DNA of 64,000 nucleotides from a virus (IMGVR_UViG_3300032053_007880:3740-67739), one strand, 5' to 3'. Shown: positions 1 to 10,065, counted from the stretch's first letter. Numbers and translations are program-made. Notes: generated from the sequence alone by a model not told the origin.

Positions 1-702
1 CTCATCGTGTTGATCATCAATGAATTCCTTGGTATTGACCCACTCGTCCATGTAATTGTGAGTAGATCTTATGCGTTCTGGAAAATGATAATTTCTCTCA
101 TCTTTTACAACAGCATTCTTGATGGTTTTCTTTTTCCAAGCGTGCTGTGGATCAATCAAAGTTTCAATTCTCAACACATGGTCAATGAATTCTGTAACAA
201 TTTCATAGCCCCATCGAGACATGTATTTTCTGATTCTGGTCCCATGGTTGGCCAACTTGTTCATCATATTTTCATCAGTTGGCTCGAAGAAAATGTTGTT
301 CTTAAAGAAGTCATTGTGACCAATGGCATGTGCAATAACATCCACATTGTCAACAAGAGTATTTGAATCCATGCAATAGATGTAACATGGATTTGTGTTA
401 ATCACCATTTCTGAAATACGATACTGATTGTATTCGTATCCTCTGGCTAATTCCTCATATTCCATACCCCATTTCCAATGCGGGTATCTTACAGGAAATC
501 CGCCATAGCTGGCGAGTTCTGCCATTTCGTCATATCTGACGAATTCAACAATGATTGGGTAGTATTCTAGCCCCATCCCTTTACAAGCCGCCTCAATCTG
601 CGGCATGACTTCCAGAACTTCTTTATGAATCTTTAGTCCGGGAATAGTATTATCACCGCACAAAATTGGTGATCCACTCATCATTTTAGAAACTTTTGCC
701 AT
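1..702 (-). CDS. spoVR: SpoVR/YcgB family protein (runs off window start)
   Basis: Not in ORF track; manual translation from ATG at 702 (AAGGAG RBS) gives GGFPVRYPHWKWGMEYE, SEMVINTNPC and AHAIGHNDFFKNN, the SpoVR signatures; downstream of prkA-yeaH. Confidence 0.92.
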   Translation of the reverse strand, partial: MAKVSKMMSGSPILCGDNTIPGLKIHKEVLEVMPQIEAACKGMGLEYYPIIVEFVRYDEMAELASYGGFPVRYPHWKWGMEYEELARGYEYNQYRISEMVINTNPCYIYCMDSNTLVDNVDVIAHAIGHNDFFKNNIFFEPTDENMMNKLANHGTRIRKYMSRWGYEIVTEFIDHVLRIETLIDPQHAWKKKTIKNAVVKDERNYHFPERIRSTHNYMDEWVNTKEFIDDQHDE

Positions 703-728
703 AACAATCTCCTTCAGAACTCATTCTA

Positions 729-1751
729 CTATATCTGAACCAAAGACTCAAGAGCTTCTTTAACGCTCTTTACAGCTTTCGCCCAATCAGCCTGCTGTCT
801 TGCCAATTTTACAGAAGGATACCAAACGGTCTTTTCTTCTGTTCCCCAACGAGGGTCACAATCATCTGGAATCAATCCAAATGTTGGAACGCCAACAGCC
901 CCAGCTAAATGCAACACTACTGTATCAACAGACACAATATGTTGAAGGCAATTTATGGCAGCAGTTGTGTCATACAAATCACGCAATTCTAACTTCTTCA
1001 TGAATGCTGGACATTCATTTGGATCTAACGAATATAGATCATAACTATCAGACACTAACTGTTCAATGATGTTCGTCGGAACGCTTTTTGTCAGTGACAG
1101 AATATTGTCTGGATTAGATCTCCACGCCACTCCAATTGCTGGTTTTTCAAAAACTCTTTCTATCACATCACGACATGTAGAAAAGGTTGAATGTGCTGTC
1201 AGCTTTGGTTGAGACGGAACGACTTTCTCCATAATCAAAGAAAAGTGAGCCGGATAATAAACAGGTAGATCAACCTTGTACAATATCGCAGGCAAACTAA
1301 AGATGTTCGTATGGTAATCACATTGCTTGTGAAACCTAACAAATTCATCTATGTAATCAACTTCTTCGATCAATCTTTTGAATTGTTCAAAGTAGGCATA
1401 GCAATTCAAAATGATTTTACAGGACCATCTCTCTTTCATGATGTAGAGATACCTCAGCATGTTGACGGTATCTCCCATGCCTTGATCGCAAAAAACCTCG
1501 ATGGTTGCACCATCGAGGTTTTCGCCGCCCCATAAATTTCCGAACTCGGCAAGTTCCGGTTGACTACAGAGCCCATTGTTTGCCGCAATCAACTGGAAAA
1601 ATTTAGGGACTAAGGGGTTCTCGGGCTCTATCCTTTGTACCACACCAAGCATCTCAACAGCTTTATTTGGTCTCCCTGTGTTAATGTAGTTGTAAGCCAT
1701 AGCCAATGATTGGCTAATCAGACTCGACTGCAAGTTCTGGCTGTTTGTCAT
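729..1751 (-). CDS. TPR-containing glycosyltransferase family 9-like protein
   Basis: N-terminal TPR-like helices, DQGMGDTV motif, C-terminal VSVDTVVLHLAGAVG...PRWG...WYPS typical of TPR/GT9 (heptosyltransferase-fold) proteins. Confidence 0.75.
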   Translation of the reverse strand: MTNSQNLQSSLISQSLAMAYNYINTGRPNKAVEMLGVVQRIEPENPLVPKFFQLIAANNGLCSQPELAEFGNLWGGENLDGATIEVFCDQGMGDTVNMLRYLYIMKERWSCKIILNCYAYFEQFKRLIEEVDYIDEFVRFHKQCDYHTNIFSLPAILYKVDLPVYYPAHFSLIMEKVVPSQPKLTAHSTFSTCRDVIERVFEKPAIGVAWRSNPDNILSLTKSVPTNIIEQLVSDSYDLYSLDPNECPAFMKKLELRDLYDTTAAINCLQHIVSVDTVVLHLAGAVGVPTFGLIPDDCDPRWGTEEKTVWYPSVKLARQQADWAKAVKSVKEALESLVQI

Positions 1752-2598
1752 CTCTTATGTTTCTCATTTCAATGTGTCTTGGGTTATCGCTATTGTCCAA
1801 ATCCACAATATAAGGGTCTTGCAAATTCTCTGGTTTACAAGATTTGTGCCAACAAACCAAATCTCCAGACACGAGTGGAAGTTTGGTCTCTGGATGCCTC
1901 ATGATATCGTCTGTCATGCCATTGTGATTGCTTGGATTGAACAAGGGAGTTTCATGTAAAGCCCACTCATAATCCACAGATTTCAAGAAATTCAAAATGT
2001 GCCTCCAATTTTGTGTAAATTCTACATACAGAATTGGCTTAGCCCTCTTGATTGTCTTCCTCATTCCATTCAATACAACAGGCTCCATTCCTTCCACGTC
2101 AATCTTTACAAGTTTTGGATTGGATATTCCAAGTTCATCAATCGCAATTGCAGTAACCGGGTTGCTGCAAACATTTCCTTGTGCATCCTTAGAATTCAAC
2201 AACCCAACCAACTTGAGGCCGCCAAAGTTTCCAACCCTTGAAAAATCAAAATGTGGATAGTACAAAACAGATCCTGTCTTGTCAGAAGCGGCTCTGTTGA
2301 AACATTGAACATGTGTCAAATTATTCAAGGCCACGTTTCCGCACAATGTATAAAACAACATTGATTGTGCCTCTAAAGCCAACACATATCCTTCTTTCCC
2401 GACCTTCTTAGCCAATGGAATAGTAATGATTCCAATGTTAGCCCCGATGTCAATTACAGAGTCTCCCGGAGAAACAAGTTTTTCAAGGAAGTCGATCTCA
2501 AGTTGATGAGCTTCTCCGTAATAATCCAACGCACGACCGATGTAAGCATCATTCTGTGGGAATATCATCGGACCATTTTTTGTCAGTTTGTATTTCAT
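1714..2598 (-). CDS. FkbM family SAM-dependent methyltransferase
   Basis: VIDIGANIG motif I, LEAQ, LVKIDVEGME..VL.G, PILYVE. Confidence 0.9.
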   Translation of the reverse strand: MKYKLTKNGPMIFPQNDAYIGRALDYYGEAHQLEIDFLEKLVSPGDSVIDIGANIGIITIPLAKKVGKEGYVLALEAQSMLFYTLCGNVALNNLTHVQCFNRAASDKTGSVLYYPHFDFSRVGNFGGLKLVGLLNSKDAQGNVCSNPVTAIAIDELGISNPKLVKIDVEGMEPVVLNGMRKTIKRAKPILYVEFTQNWRHILNFLKSVDYEWALHETPLFNPSNHNGMTDDIMRHPETKLPLVSGDLVCWHKSCKPENLQDPYIVDLDNSDNPRHIEMRNIRDDKQPELAVESD

Positions 2599-3827
2599 GC
2601 ACTCTCCATAATAGCAATTTGTTGTTCTTTACCTAACAAAGATTTGATCGCTTCAATGATTTGTCTATTGCGATCTTCCTCTGTCATATCTGGAGCATAA
2701 CCCCAGTTGCCAAAACCAAAATTTTCGCCCTTTGCTTCCTCTGGACCGACATACGCCGTTCTCACATAATCAGAAAGCTTGCCTTCTTTGATTGATTTAT
2801 CAAAGAAATGCTTAACGCTATCCTCATATCTCCAAGAACAAACTTGAGATATACCAATCATGTTTACTTTAGTTGGACCAAGTTCTTCTTGAATGATTTC
2901 AAGCATTCTCTCGTTGTCACCGCCCCAATTGTCTCCATCAGAGAAATAGAACAAGTACACGTTATAAGCTTGCGGAGGATATCTGTTCTCTAATTGTTCT
3001 GCAACTGCCTTGAAAGCTGAAGAACATTGTGTTCCGCCACCAAAACGATAGGTGTAGAATTCTTCTTCATTAACTTCCCAAGCTCTTGTATCGTGTACAA
3101 AATAACAACGATCAACTTTCTTGTAGAATCTTCTGATCCAGCAATCAATCCACCATGCCATGTCAGAAACGATATCGCATCTGTAATCATCCATTGATCC
3201 AGAGCAATCTCTGGCAAAGAAAATCACAGCATTCGATGTCGGAATTTTAATCTCTTGATATTGCCTGTAACGAAGATCTGAATTGATCGGCGTAATCAAT
3301 CTCGGCAATGGTTTTGCACCGGGAATAACTTTAGGGTCTAAAGCCCCAGTAATAGCCATTCTCTTAATGGCTTCCTTCATCGTGCGGCGAGTATGTCGCA
3401 GTGACTCAGGTCCATTCTTTGAAATGTCATTGTACTTAATTTTGACTTCTTCAAAAGTCTCATTCGGCTTTGGACGCATTCTGGGAAGCTGAAGTTCTTC
3501 CTGCATAAACCGCAGAACATCTTCCATATCAACAGAGATGTTGATACCTTCTCCGGGCTGATCTCCGGGCTTGCTGCCTTTTCCGGGCTGAGGATCTTTT
3601 CCAATGACCTCGCCATCTTTACCCGGCCCTCTACCAACACCCTTACCAGTATCACCAAACAAAAAGTGCGGGATATCAATTTGCGGAATGCTAACCGTCA
3701 TCTTGCCGCCCTTGGGGCGTTGACGAATGATCGCACCTGATTTGATCAGACGCTTGAGTTCTTTTCTTGTACGACCAGAAATTACGTCTCTGAATTTCTT
3801 GTGATCTTCTTGAATTCTGTTTGGCAT
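2595..3827 (-). CDS. yeaH: YeaH/YhbH (DUF444) vWA-domain protein
   Basis: MPNRIQED start after AAGGAG RBS; IPQIDIPHF, DLRYR, DCSGSM MIDAS, GGTQCSSA, YLFYFSDGDNW. Confidence 0.92.
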   Translation of the reverse strand: MPNRIQEDHKKFRDVISGRTRKELKRLIKSGAIIRQRPKGGKMTVSIPQIDIPHFLFGDTGKGVGRGPGKDGEVIGKDPQPGKGSKPGDQPGEGINISVDMEDVLRFMQEELQLPRMRPKPNETFEEVKIKYNDISKNGPESLRHTRRTMKEAIKRMAITGALDPKVIPGAKPLPRLITPINSDLRYRQYQEIKIPTSNAVIFFARDCSGSMDDYRCDIVSDMAWWIDCWIRRFYKKVDRCYFVHDTRAWEVNEEEFYTYRFGGGTQCSSAFKAVAEQLENRYPPQAYNVYLFYFSDGDNWGGDNERMLEIIQEELGPTKVNMIGISQVCSWRYEDSVKHFFDKSIKEGKLSDYVRTAYVGPEEAKGENFGFGNWGYAPDMTEEDRNRQIIEAIKSLLGKEQQIAIMESA

Positions 3828-3864
3828 TTTATGTCTCCTTGTGCCGTTTGATTCTGCTAGATAT

Positions 3865-3901
3865 GGGCGGCAACAGACTTTGCTGTCATCTGTCACCGCC
3901 C
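3865..3901 (-). other. Intercistronic RNA hairpin between prkA and yeaH
   Basis: 13-bp stem GGGCGGUGACAGA/UCUGUUGCCGCCC is complete (with G-U pairs) only on the minus strand; no U tract. Confidence 0.6.
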
Positions 3902-3915
3902 ATTTGAACTAGCTG

Positions 3916-6003
3916 TTACTTAGAGACATCGCCACGAGCGAAGATACTCGAAACGTAGTCCAGAACATCTGTGGCTGATTGCAGATTGTAGCCATACTGC
4001 TTAACCAATCTGGTCTTGATGGCGTCGATCTTTTCTTGCAGATCTGGGTCAAGTTCAGCAGCTTCTTTGGTCAACGTGGACAGCTTGATGGTGTCCTTGA
4101 TGTCCTCGAAGACCTTGGCCTCAATAGCCCTCTTGAGTTCTTCGTTGCTGTCCCACTTGAATTCCTTGCCACGTCGGCTCTGAGTTCCCATGAACGCAGC
4201 CAATGATCGACGGAAGTCATCACAACCCTGTTCTGGGATGTCAGCCTTCTCTTCGATGCTTCTCATCAACCTTTCATCTGGTTCCATTGGTTGATTTGTG
4301 ATTGGGTGAATCATTCGTTCTTTGTTCACATAAGCAATCACATTGTCAAGGTACTTGTTACAGAGACGTTCCATCGCCTTTTCATCGGCAACAAGAGCAC
4401 GCTGAACTTCATTCTTGAGAATTTCGTCCAGTTCCTTGATGGCCAACTCGGCACAGAACTCATATCTCTTCTTGTCTTCGACCTTGGTGATCAGAGAAGA
4501 TACACCAAGACTTTCCTTGAGTTCGCTCATCACATGAAACACGTTGACGTATTTCTTGTGTCGAGCCAGACAGTTTGAAATTCCACTCTGAGTGAAACGA
4601 GCAGAGACACCACTCGTCAGACCTTCATCAACATATCTGTCACGAAGTTCCTTCACAGAGTCTTCTGTCCATCCGGGCAGACTTCTGCCATCGTACAACT
4701 TGGCCTTGTCTCGAAGATCAAGCTTTCCATCTGGATCATCTTGAAGTCTGGTCAAGACCGCAAAGAGTGCGGCAATTTCCAGAGTGTGTGGCATGATGTG
4801 TTGTTTGATCTTGCCGGGACCGTAATCTTGTTCCAAAACCTTGATTTCGTCAGTCCAACGTGTCAAGTAAGGAACATCCACCTTCACAGTTCTGTCTCGA
4901 AGAGCTTCCATGAACTGATTGTTCTTGAGCTTCTCGTATTCAGGATTGTTGGTGTGAGCAATGATCAATTCATCCACCACGATCTGTGAGAACTTCTTTG
5001 GTTTGATCTGATGTTCTTGTGCAACACCAAGCAAATCGTAGAGGAACTCATTTGCCAGCTTCAACATTTCAATGAATTCACAAACGCCACGGTTGGCGAT
5101 TTCAAATTCTCCATCGAAGTTGAACGCTCTAGGATCAGAGTCAGAACCGTAGTTACCGATATGACGGAAGTTGATATCTCCTGTCAATTCAGTGCTGTCT
5201 TGGTTCTTCTCGTCCTTCGGCTGAAAGGTGCCAATGCCACATCGGTCAATTTCAGAATGGACACGACGAATTACAACGATGTGTTCCGAAACAACCTTAA
5301 GCCAATCGCCCTTGTATCTATCCAAAAGCAGCTTCATGAACAGTTTGCAGCGAGGATTTAGATCTCCATCACAAATCAACCTGTAAATGTTCTCACGATC
5401 TTCGTCAGTTGACATCTCATGATGAGCAGAATTGATTTCTTTGAGGAACTCATCACGCATGTTCTTAGGCATGAGCTTCAGAGGATTTTCATTCAACGGA
5501 GAAATGTCCATTGCCTCTGTAAAAACAGCAAGACCATTGTCATCAGCTTCGGTTGGCAGATTCACCCACTTAAAGGTGTACCATGCACCGACATCGGAAC
5601 GAGAGTAGTGCTCAAGACCTCTCTTGAGTCGGCGACAAATGGTGGACTTAGATGATCCTACCGGGCCGTGCAGCAACAGAACTCTGCGTTCTGTTCCATA
5701 GTTTCCAGCAGCACCGTGAATGAAGTCCACGAGATCCTGAAGAGTTTCTTCGAGACCGAAGATAGGAATCTCGTTATCGTTGAAGAAGTGATATCGAGTG
5801 TAAGTCTTTCGATATCTTTCGAAGGTGCTGGTCCCCTTCGACATGATCATGTCATATACATACTGAAATGAATTTCTTGCCAACTTTGGGTTCGACCGAA
5901 CCTTTTCGAGATACTGCTCGAAAGACATTTCCTCGTTTAACGTGAGGAACTCTTTACGATCATACAGTTCTGCGAATTTCTTTAAGACTGTGTCATTCTC
6001 CAT
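3916..6003 (-). CDS. prkA: PrkA/YeaG AAA+ ATPase / serine protein kinase
   Basis: LLLHGPVGSSKS Walker A, GTFQPKDEKNQDSTELTG, DPRAFNFDGE..ANRG..EFIEMLK, EALRDR. Confidence 0.96.
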   Translation of the reverse strand: MENDTVLKKFAELYDRKEFLTLNEEMSFEQYLEKVRSNPKLARNSFQYVYDMIMSKGTSTFERYRKTYTRYHFFNDNEIPIFGLEETLQDLVDFIHGAAGNYGTERRVLLLHGPVGSSKSTICRRLKRGLEHYSRSDVGAWYTFKWVNLPTEADDNGLAVFTEAMDISPLNENPLKLMPKNMRDEFLKEINSAHHEMSTDEDRENIYRLICDGDLNPRCKLFMKLLLDRYKGDWLKVVSEHIVVIRRVHSEIDRCGIGTFQPKDEKNQDSTELTGDINFRHIGNYGSDSDPRAFNFDGEFEIANRGVCEFIEMLKLANEFLYDLLGVAQEHQIKPKKFSQIVVDELIIAHTNNPEYEKLKNNQFMEALRDRTVKVDVPYLTRWTDEIKVLEQDYGPGKIKQHIMPHTLEIAALFAVLTRLQDDPDGKLDLRDKAKLYDGRSLPGWTEDSVKELRDRYVDEGLTSGVSARFTQSGISNCLARHKKYVNVFHVMSELKESLGVSSLITKVEDKKRYEFCAELAIKELDEILKNEVQRALVADEKAMERLCNKYLDNVIAYVNKERMIHPITNQPMEPDERLMRSIEEKADIPEQGCDDFRRSLAAFMGTQSRRGKEFKWDSNEELKRAIEAKVFEDIKDTIKLSTLTKEAAELDPDLQEKIDAIKTRLVKQYGYNLQSATDVLDYVSSIFARGDVSK

Positions 6004-6057
6004 AGAAAACCCCTTTTTTTAGAAGAAGAGTGAGTCGAACCCACCCATAACATCAAG

Positions 6058-6086
6058 AGTATATCTGAAGAATAAATTCAATACAA
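6058..6086 (-). promoter_or_regulatory. Sigma70-type promoter for the prkA operon
   Basis: TTGTAT-N17-TATACT on minus strand, about 55 nt upstream of prkA ATG. Confidence 0.6.
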
Positions 6087-6102
6087 TAGGTATTTGAAAG
6101 AA

Positions 6103-6327
6103 TTATGAAAGTAATGACGGAATCGTCATTGGCTTTTTGTAAGAACTAAGTCCAGCAGGTCTAGCTGGCATACTTGGTTTAGTTACAGAACTCATCCTGC
6201 TAACTGTAGAACCTTTGTTTTTTACAGGTTTACAGTCTTTTAGCTGCTTCTGAAAAATACCAAGATCACCATTGACGTTTCCAAACAACCCATCAAGTTC
6301 AAGCTGTAAGAATTCTTTGAATTTCAT
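6103..6327 (-). CDS. Small hypothetical protein with capsid-targeting-like N-terminus
   Basis: Starts MKFKEFLQLE; start overlaps stop of upstream ORF. Confidence 0.65.
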   Translation of the reverse strand: MKFKEFLQLELDGLFGNVNGDLGIFQKQLKDCKPVKNKGSTVSRMSSVTKPSMPARPAGLSSYKKPMTIPSLLS

Positions 6328-6671
6328 TATTTCCTCTTCATGAAACTTGTTTTTGGTTTAGGAATGCCAAGATTCAAACCAAGTGAATTCTGTATGTTGA
6401 ATGCTACTGGAGCAGGAGATGTCAAAGGAGCCACCTGTTGTGGAACAACAGATTTGAAATCTCCAGTGACGGCTTTTACTAACTGGTTTCTATGGCCACT
6501 CGGACTTCCAGCAGTGCCAGTCAACTTGGCTTGCAATGGGGCAAAAGACGGATTAGAGATAATCGACTTAGCAGCCGTGTCAGTAGCATCTTGTGACTGT
6601 GTTGGCTGAGTATCGACGCCTGCCGAATTCATTGTCGTTTCGTTAGATTTAAGCCATGTTTTGAAGTTCAT
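6327..6671 (-). CDS. Hypothetical protein with capsid-targeting-like N-terminus
   Basis: Starts MNFKTWLKSNE; ATAAATA 4 nt upstream of ATG. Confidence 0.65.
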   Translation of the reverse strand: MNFKTWLKSNETTMNSAGVDTQPTQSQDATDTAAKSIISNPSFAPLQAKLTGTAGSPSGHRNQLVKAVTGDFKSVVPQQVAPLTSPAPVAFNIQNSLGLNLGIPKPKTSFMKRK

Positions 6672-6779
6672 GCCTTATTTATTAAAGCTACAACCATTTC
6701 TCTGTTGTATTTATCGGACAGTTGTGTTAATATAAGATAGTTGATTCATGTGAGATAAAAATGCCAACCATACAATGCG

Positions 6780-7580
6780 ATGTCTGTAATAAAAAAATTC
6801 CACAAGAAACCAAGTCATGTCAGGAAGAACAACTTCTGTTCTAAACTTTGTTTGGAGCAATGGAGAGGTTCTAAAATTGAAACAAATTGTGATTATTGTA
6901 ATGCAACAATCACAAAGGTCACAAGTGAGTTGCGTGATCACAATTTCTGCAATCAAACATGTTTTGGCAACTGGCATTCAGAGTCAATGCGTGGAGAAAA
7001 TCATCCTCGGTTTTATCTTAAAGAAATACCATGCGATCACTGCGGTAACTCATTCAAACCATCGTTAGGCACTCAAAGATTCTGCTCAGTCAAATGTGCC
7101 AACACAGCCAGAGAGACCAGAATATCTCTTGTGTGCGATGCTTGCAAAACAGAATATTCTGTTCAAGTGGGCGAGGCAAAATGGGCGGAAGATCGTGGTT
7201 ATGTCCACAAATTCTGCTCTAAGAAGTGCCAGTATGGGTTTCAGAAAAAAGAGGGACATCCGAGATGGAAGAAAGACAGGTCTGATATAAAGAACCAAAA
7301 TAAATCTCTACGTGAAACACCTGAAATGAAATTGTGGCGAGAAGAAGTGTTTTCCAGAGACAATTGGACTTGTCAGCAATGCGGAGACAGATCGCACGCA
7401 GGGCATCCTGTGGTTCTCAATGCTCACCATGTCAAACGGATTGTTGATCATCCAGAACTATCATTGATTCCAAGCAATGGGATCACACTATGCGAACCAT
7501 GCCACAAAAAGACGTTCGGCAAAGAACAATTGTTCGAGGAATCATTTGTCAGAATCATCACTGCCAAAATTCTTCCTTAA
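6780..7580 (+). CDS. HNH endonuclease with repeated CxxC...FCSxxC zinc modules
   Basis: Repeated CxxC/FCSxxC modules; C-terminal WR.EVF.RD.WTCQQCG...LNAHH...NGITLCEPCH. Confidence 0.88.
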   Translation: MSVIKKFHKKPSHVRKNNFCSKLCLEQWRGSKIETNCDYCNATITKVTSELRDHNFCNQTCFGNWHSESMRGENHPRFYLKEIPCDHCGNSFKPSLGTQRFCSVKCANTARETRISLVCDACKTEYSVQVGEAKWAEDRGYVHKFCSKKCQYGFQKKEGHPRWKKDRSDIKNQNKSLRETPEMKLWREEVFSRDNWTCQQCGDRSHAGHPVVLNAHHVKRIVDHPELSLIPSNGITLCEPCHKKTFGKEQLFEESFVRIITAKILP

Positions 7581-7842
7581 TGTCCCCATCGACAAGCCAA
7601 TAGTGCAATATCCACCGCCCAGATGTTGAGAAGTATTTTCTGTCTATGACAATTTGGCTATCATGAATTCTGCAATGACAATTTGCACATACAACAATTG
7701 TGTTCCAATCTGTGTATTCATTTATATCATTCTCAAAATTTATTCGATGAACTTGTAGCAGTGCATAGTCCTCTTCTTCGCAGAAATAACAATGCCCCTC
7801 TGATTTTTTCTTGGCTACTTTGTTTATGAGCTTCTTCCGCAT
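7558..7842 (-). CDS. Small HNH endonuclease-like protein
   Basis: CYFC...LQVHRI...NTIVVCANCHCRIH. Confidence 0.75.
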   Translation of the reverse strand: MRKKLINKVAKKKSEGHCYFCEEEDYALLQVHRINFENDINEYTDWNTIVVCANCHCRIHDSQIVIDRKYFSTSGRWILHYWLVDGDIKEEFWQ

Positions 7843-7873
7843 AGATAAATTGTACTCTTACTGGAGGTCTAAT

Positions 7874-8062
7874 ATGAAACATATTCTATCATTTGTTCTT
7901 GGAATGGGCGTTGCCTTTTGTGTTTGTTTTGCTGGTTGCCACAACAATTGTTGCAAAGATGGTTGCGTTTGCTGTAAAAATGGATGTACCTGCAAAGATG
8001 GCAAATGCACATGCTGCAAAGATGGCAAATGCACCTGTGTAAATTGCAAGTGCGTCAAGTAA
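7874..8062 (+). CDS. Cys-rich metallothionein-like putative lipoprotein
   Basis: GGAGG RBS, hydrophobic signal with FAG-C lipobox-like site, then 15 Cys in 41 residues with CKDGKCTC repeats. Confidence 0.65.
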   Translation: MKHILSFVLGMGVAFCVCFAGCHNNCCKDGCVCCKNGCTCKDGKCTCCKDGKCTCVNCKCVK

Positions 8063-8063
8063 C

Positions 8064-9425
8064 TTAAGAAACGAAATTGGTAGTGCTTAGACCTTGAATG
8101 ATCGGAGCACGAAATACTTCTGGGACAATATCTGCCCCAACAATTTCACTTTCTTTGTAATCTGATCCTTTCACAAGTACATCTGGCTTAATGGTCTGGA
8201 TCAGATTCAATGGAGTGTCTTCATCAAAAGACACAACGAAATCTACCATCTTCAAAGCACTCATCACCGCCATCCTTTGGTCAAGCGGTTTGATGGGTCG
8301 TTTTTCACCTTTAAGTCTTTTGACGCTGGCATCTGAATTGATTGCCACCACCAATTTATCACCTTTGCTTTTGGCAAATTCTAAAGTTCTCAAATGTCCT
8401 TCATGAAGCAAGTCGAAGCAGCCATTTGTGAGCACCAATTTGAAATCACGATTGATCAAATCAATTGAATCAACGATTCCATCCAGAGATAGCTCGGCAG
8501 GAGTTATCGGTCTGTTTCTCTTGTTTTTGACATAATTGGCTCCAGCACTCCAAGCAATCTCAGCAGCTTCAGGTACAGAAAATCCATGTCCAATAGCCAT
8601 GGCAAAAAATGCAGCAAAACAATCTCCAGCACCAACAACACTCTCCACGACAACTGAACGCTCTGGCTTAAAATTGAAGAAGTCTCCATTCCAGATACCA
8701 GATACTCGATCTCCTCCAAATGTAATTACTACAGCTTCACATTCTAGTTCGTTTTGCAAATGCTTAGCTTGTTCCTTCCATTGAGTTCTGCCAGTAAGAT
8801 CTGTCGCTTCTTTGTTGTTAGGCTTGAAAATCGTACAACCTTTCCATTTTGAAAGTGGACCTCTCTTGGGGTCTACAATAGTTGTAACATCTCTATAGAA
8901 ATCGAGCACTCGATATTCTTCGCTTGAGAAAAAGCCTTTGTTGTAGTCTGACAATATTGCCACATCTGGCCTAAATGACTTCTGAATGATTGTTGTGATT
9001 TGGGTTGTCGCAAAATCAACAACATGTTCATCCAAGCCACATAATGGGGTCTCTATGTCGTGACGCACCACTTGCACACCATTATCTAAAAACCTTCGTT
9101 TAATAGGCAGTGTGCAGCATCCAGAAGCCAAAGCATGACCCCATCGAATCCCATGATCTGTAAAAACACTTTTGCCCAAATCATCGCACCAGCAAACCAA
9201 CAATGAGTCAGCATTAAAATGTTTGAATTGATAGGCAACATTTGCCGCTCCACCGGGTTTCCTAATGGGCCAATCGTTAGCAGATAACATGATTGGCATG
9301 GGAAACTCTGGACTAATACGATTTACTTTCACATCATAGTATTCATCAATCATTGCGTCCCCAACACAATGAACCTTAATTCTTCTCTCTCTGTTCTTCT
9401 GCAAAAACTCATTCAATAAATTCAT
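8064..9425 (-). CDS. hldE: Bifunctional heptose-7-phosphate kinase / heptose-1-phosphate adenylyltransferase
   Basis: VGDAMIDEY, RISPE, GGAANVA, SDYNKG, VVGAGD (PfkB kinase) fused to TNGCFDLLHEGH...NSDASVKRLKG (RfaE domain II). Confidence 0.93.
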   Translation of the reverse strand: MNLLNEFLQKNRERRIKVHCVGDAMIDEYYDVKVNRISPEFPMPIMLSANDWPIRKPGGAANVAYQFKHFNADSLLVCWCDDLGKSVFTDHGIRWGHALASGCCTLPIKRRFLDNGVQVVRHDIETPLCGLDEHVVDFATTQITTIIQKSFRPDVAILSDYNKGFFSSEEYRVLDFYRDVTTIVDPKRGPLSKWKGCTIFKPNNKEATDLTGRTQWKEQAKHLQNELECEAVVITFGGDRVSGIWNGDFFNFKPERSVVVESVVGAGDCFAAFFAMAIGHGFSVPEAAEIAWSAGANYVKNKRNRPITPAELSLDGIVDSIDLINRDFKLVLTNGCFDLLHEGHLRTLEFAKSKGDKLVVAINSDASVKRLKGEKRPIKPLDQRMAVMSALKMVDFVVSFDEDTPLNLIQTIKPDVLVKGSDYKESEIVGADIVPEVFRAPIIQGLSTTNFVS

Positions 9426-9461
9426 TTGCCCTCCCATAATGTCTTATGAGAGTACAAAAAC

Positions 9462-9493
9462 AAAAAAAGCCACTGGTGATCACCAGTGGCTTT
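9462..9493 (-). terminator. Rho-independent terminator after folA
   Basis: Perfect palindrome aaagccactggtgatcaccagtggcttt followed by a U tract on minus strand. Confidence 0.8.
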
Positions 9494-9521
9494 AGAACTT
9501 TAGAATTTTAGAACACAAACT

Positions 9522-10058
9522 TTACAAAGCGTATTCGACAACACAAAACTCATCGAACTCCTGAATTACCTTGCGAGATTTCACAAGTTCCATCCCTTGA
9601 AGTGGAAGTTCTGGAAAAAATGTATCTCCTTTATGAGTTCCTTTGATCTCTGATGCCAGCACTCTATCAGCCAGTTTTTTGTCGATAGCTTGCTTGTATA
9701 TCTCTCCACCACCGATGATGAAAATCTCTTTATATGGGCATGACACACTGGCAAAATCAATGGCCTCTTCAAGAGTATGCTCAAAAAATGTCAGGGCTGT
9801 GTTCTTCTTTGCTGTCAGCCTAGCATACCACTCTTTCTCCAGAAGGTCTGCATTTCTACTGACAATGATGTTTGGGCGATCTGGCAAAGGCTTGTAATTC
9901 TCAGGAAGAGAGTCCCAAGTCTTTCTTCCCATGATGACTGGATTGCCAACAGTTGTCTTTTTGAAGTGTTTGAACTCCTCGGAAATTTTCCAAGGAATAC
10001 CACCTTTGTCGCCAATCACCCTATTGTCATCATACGCCACAAGTATTGTAATCATCAT
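9522..10058 (-). CDS. folA: Dihydrofolate reductase
   Basis: NRVIG..GGIPW, VIMGRKTWDSLP, PLPDRPNIIVS, IIGGGEIY, GDTFFP. Confidence 0.96.
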   Translation of the reverse strand: MMITILVAYDDNRVIGDKGGIPWKISEEFKHFKKTTVGNPVIMGRKTWDSLPENYKPLPDRPNIIVSRNADLLEKEWYARLTAKKNTALTFFEHTLEEAIDFASVSCPYKEIFIIGGGEIYKQAIDKKLADRVLASEIKGTHKGDTFFPELPLQGMELVKSRKVIQEFDEFCVVEYAL

Positions 10059-10065
10059 GACCACC

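Noticed and set aside
7-366. 119-aa plus-strand ORF
   Set aside because: Antisense shadow of spoVR.
9491-9514. Three TTTAGAA copies
   Set aside because: Too short and AT-rich to support a function; no spacers, so not CRISPR.
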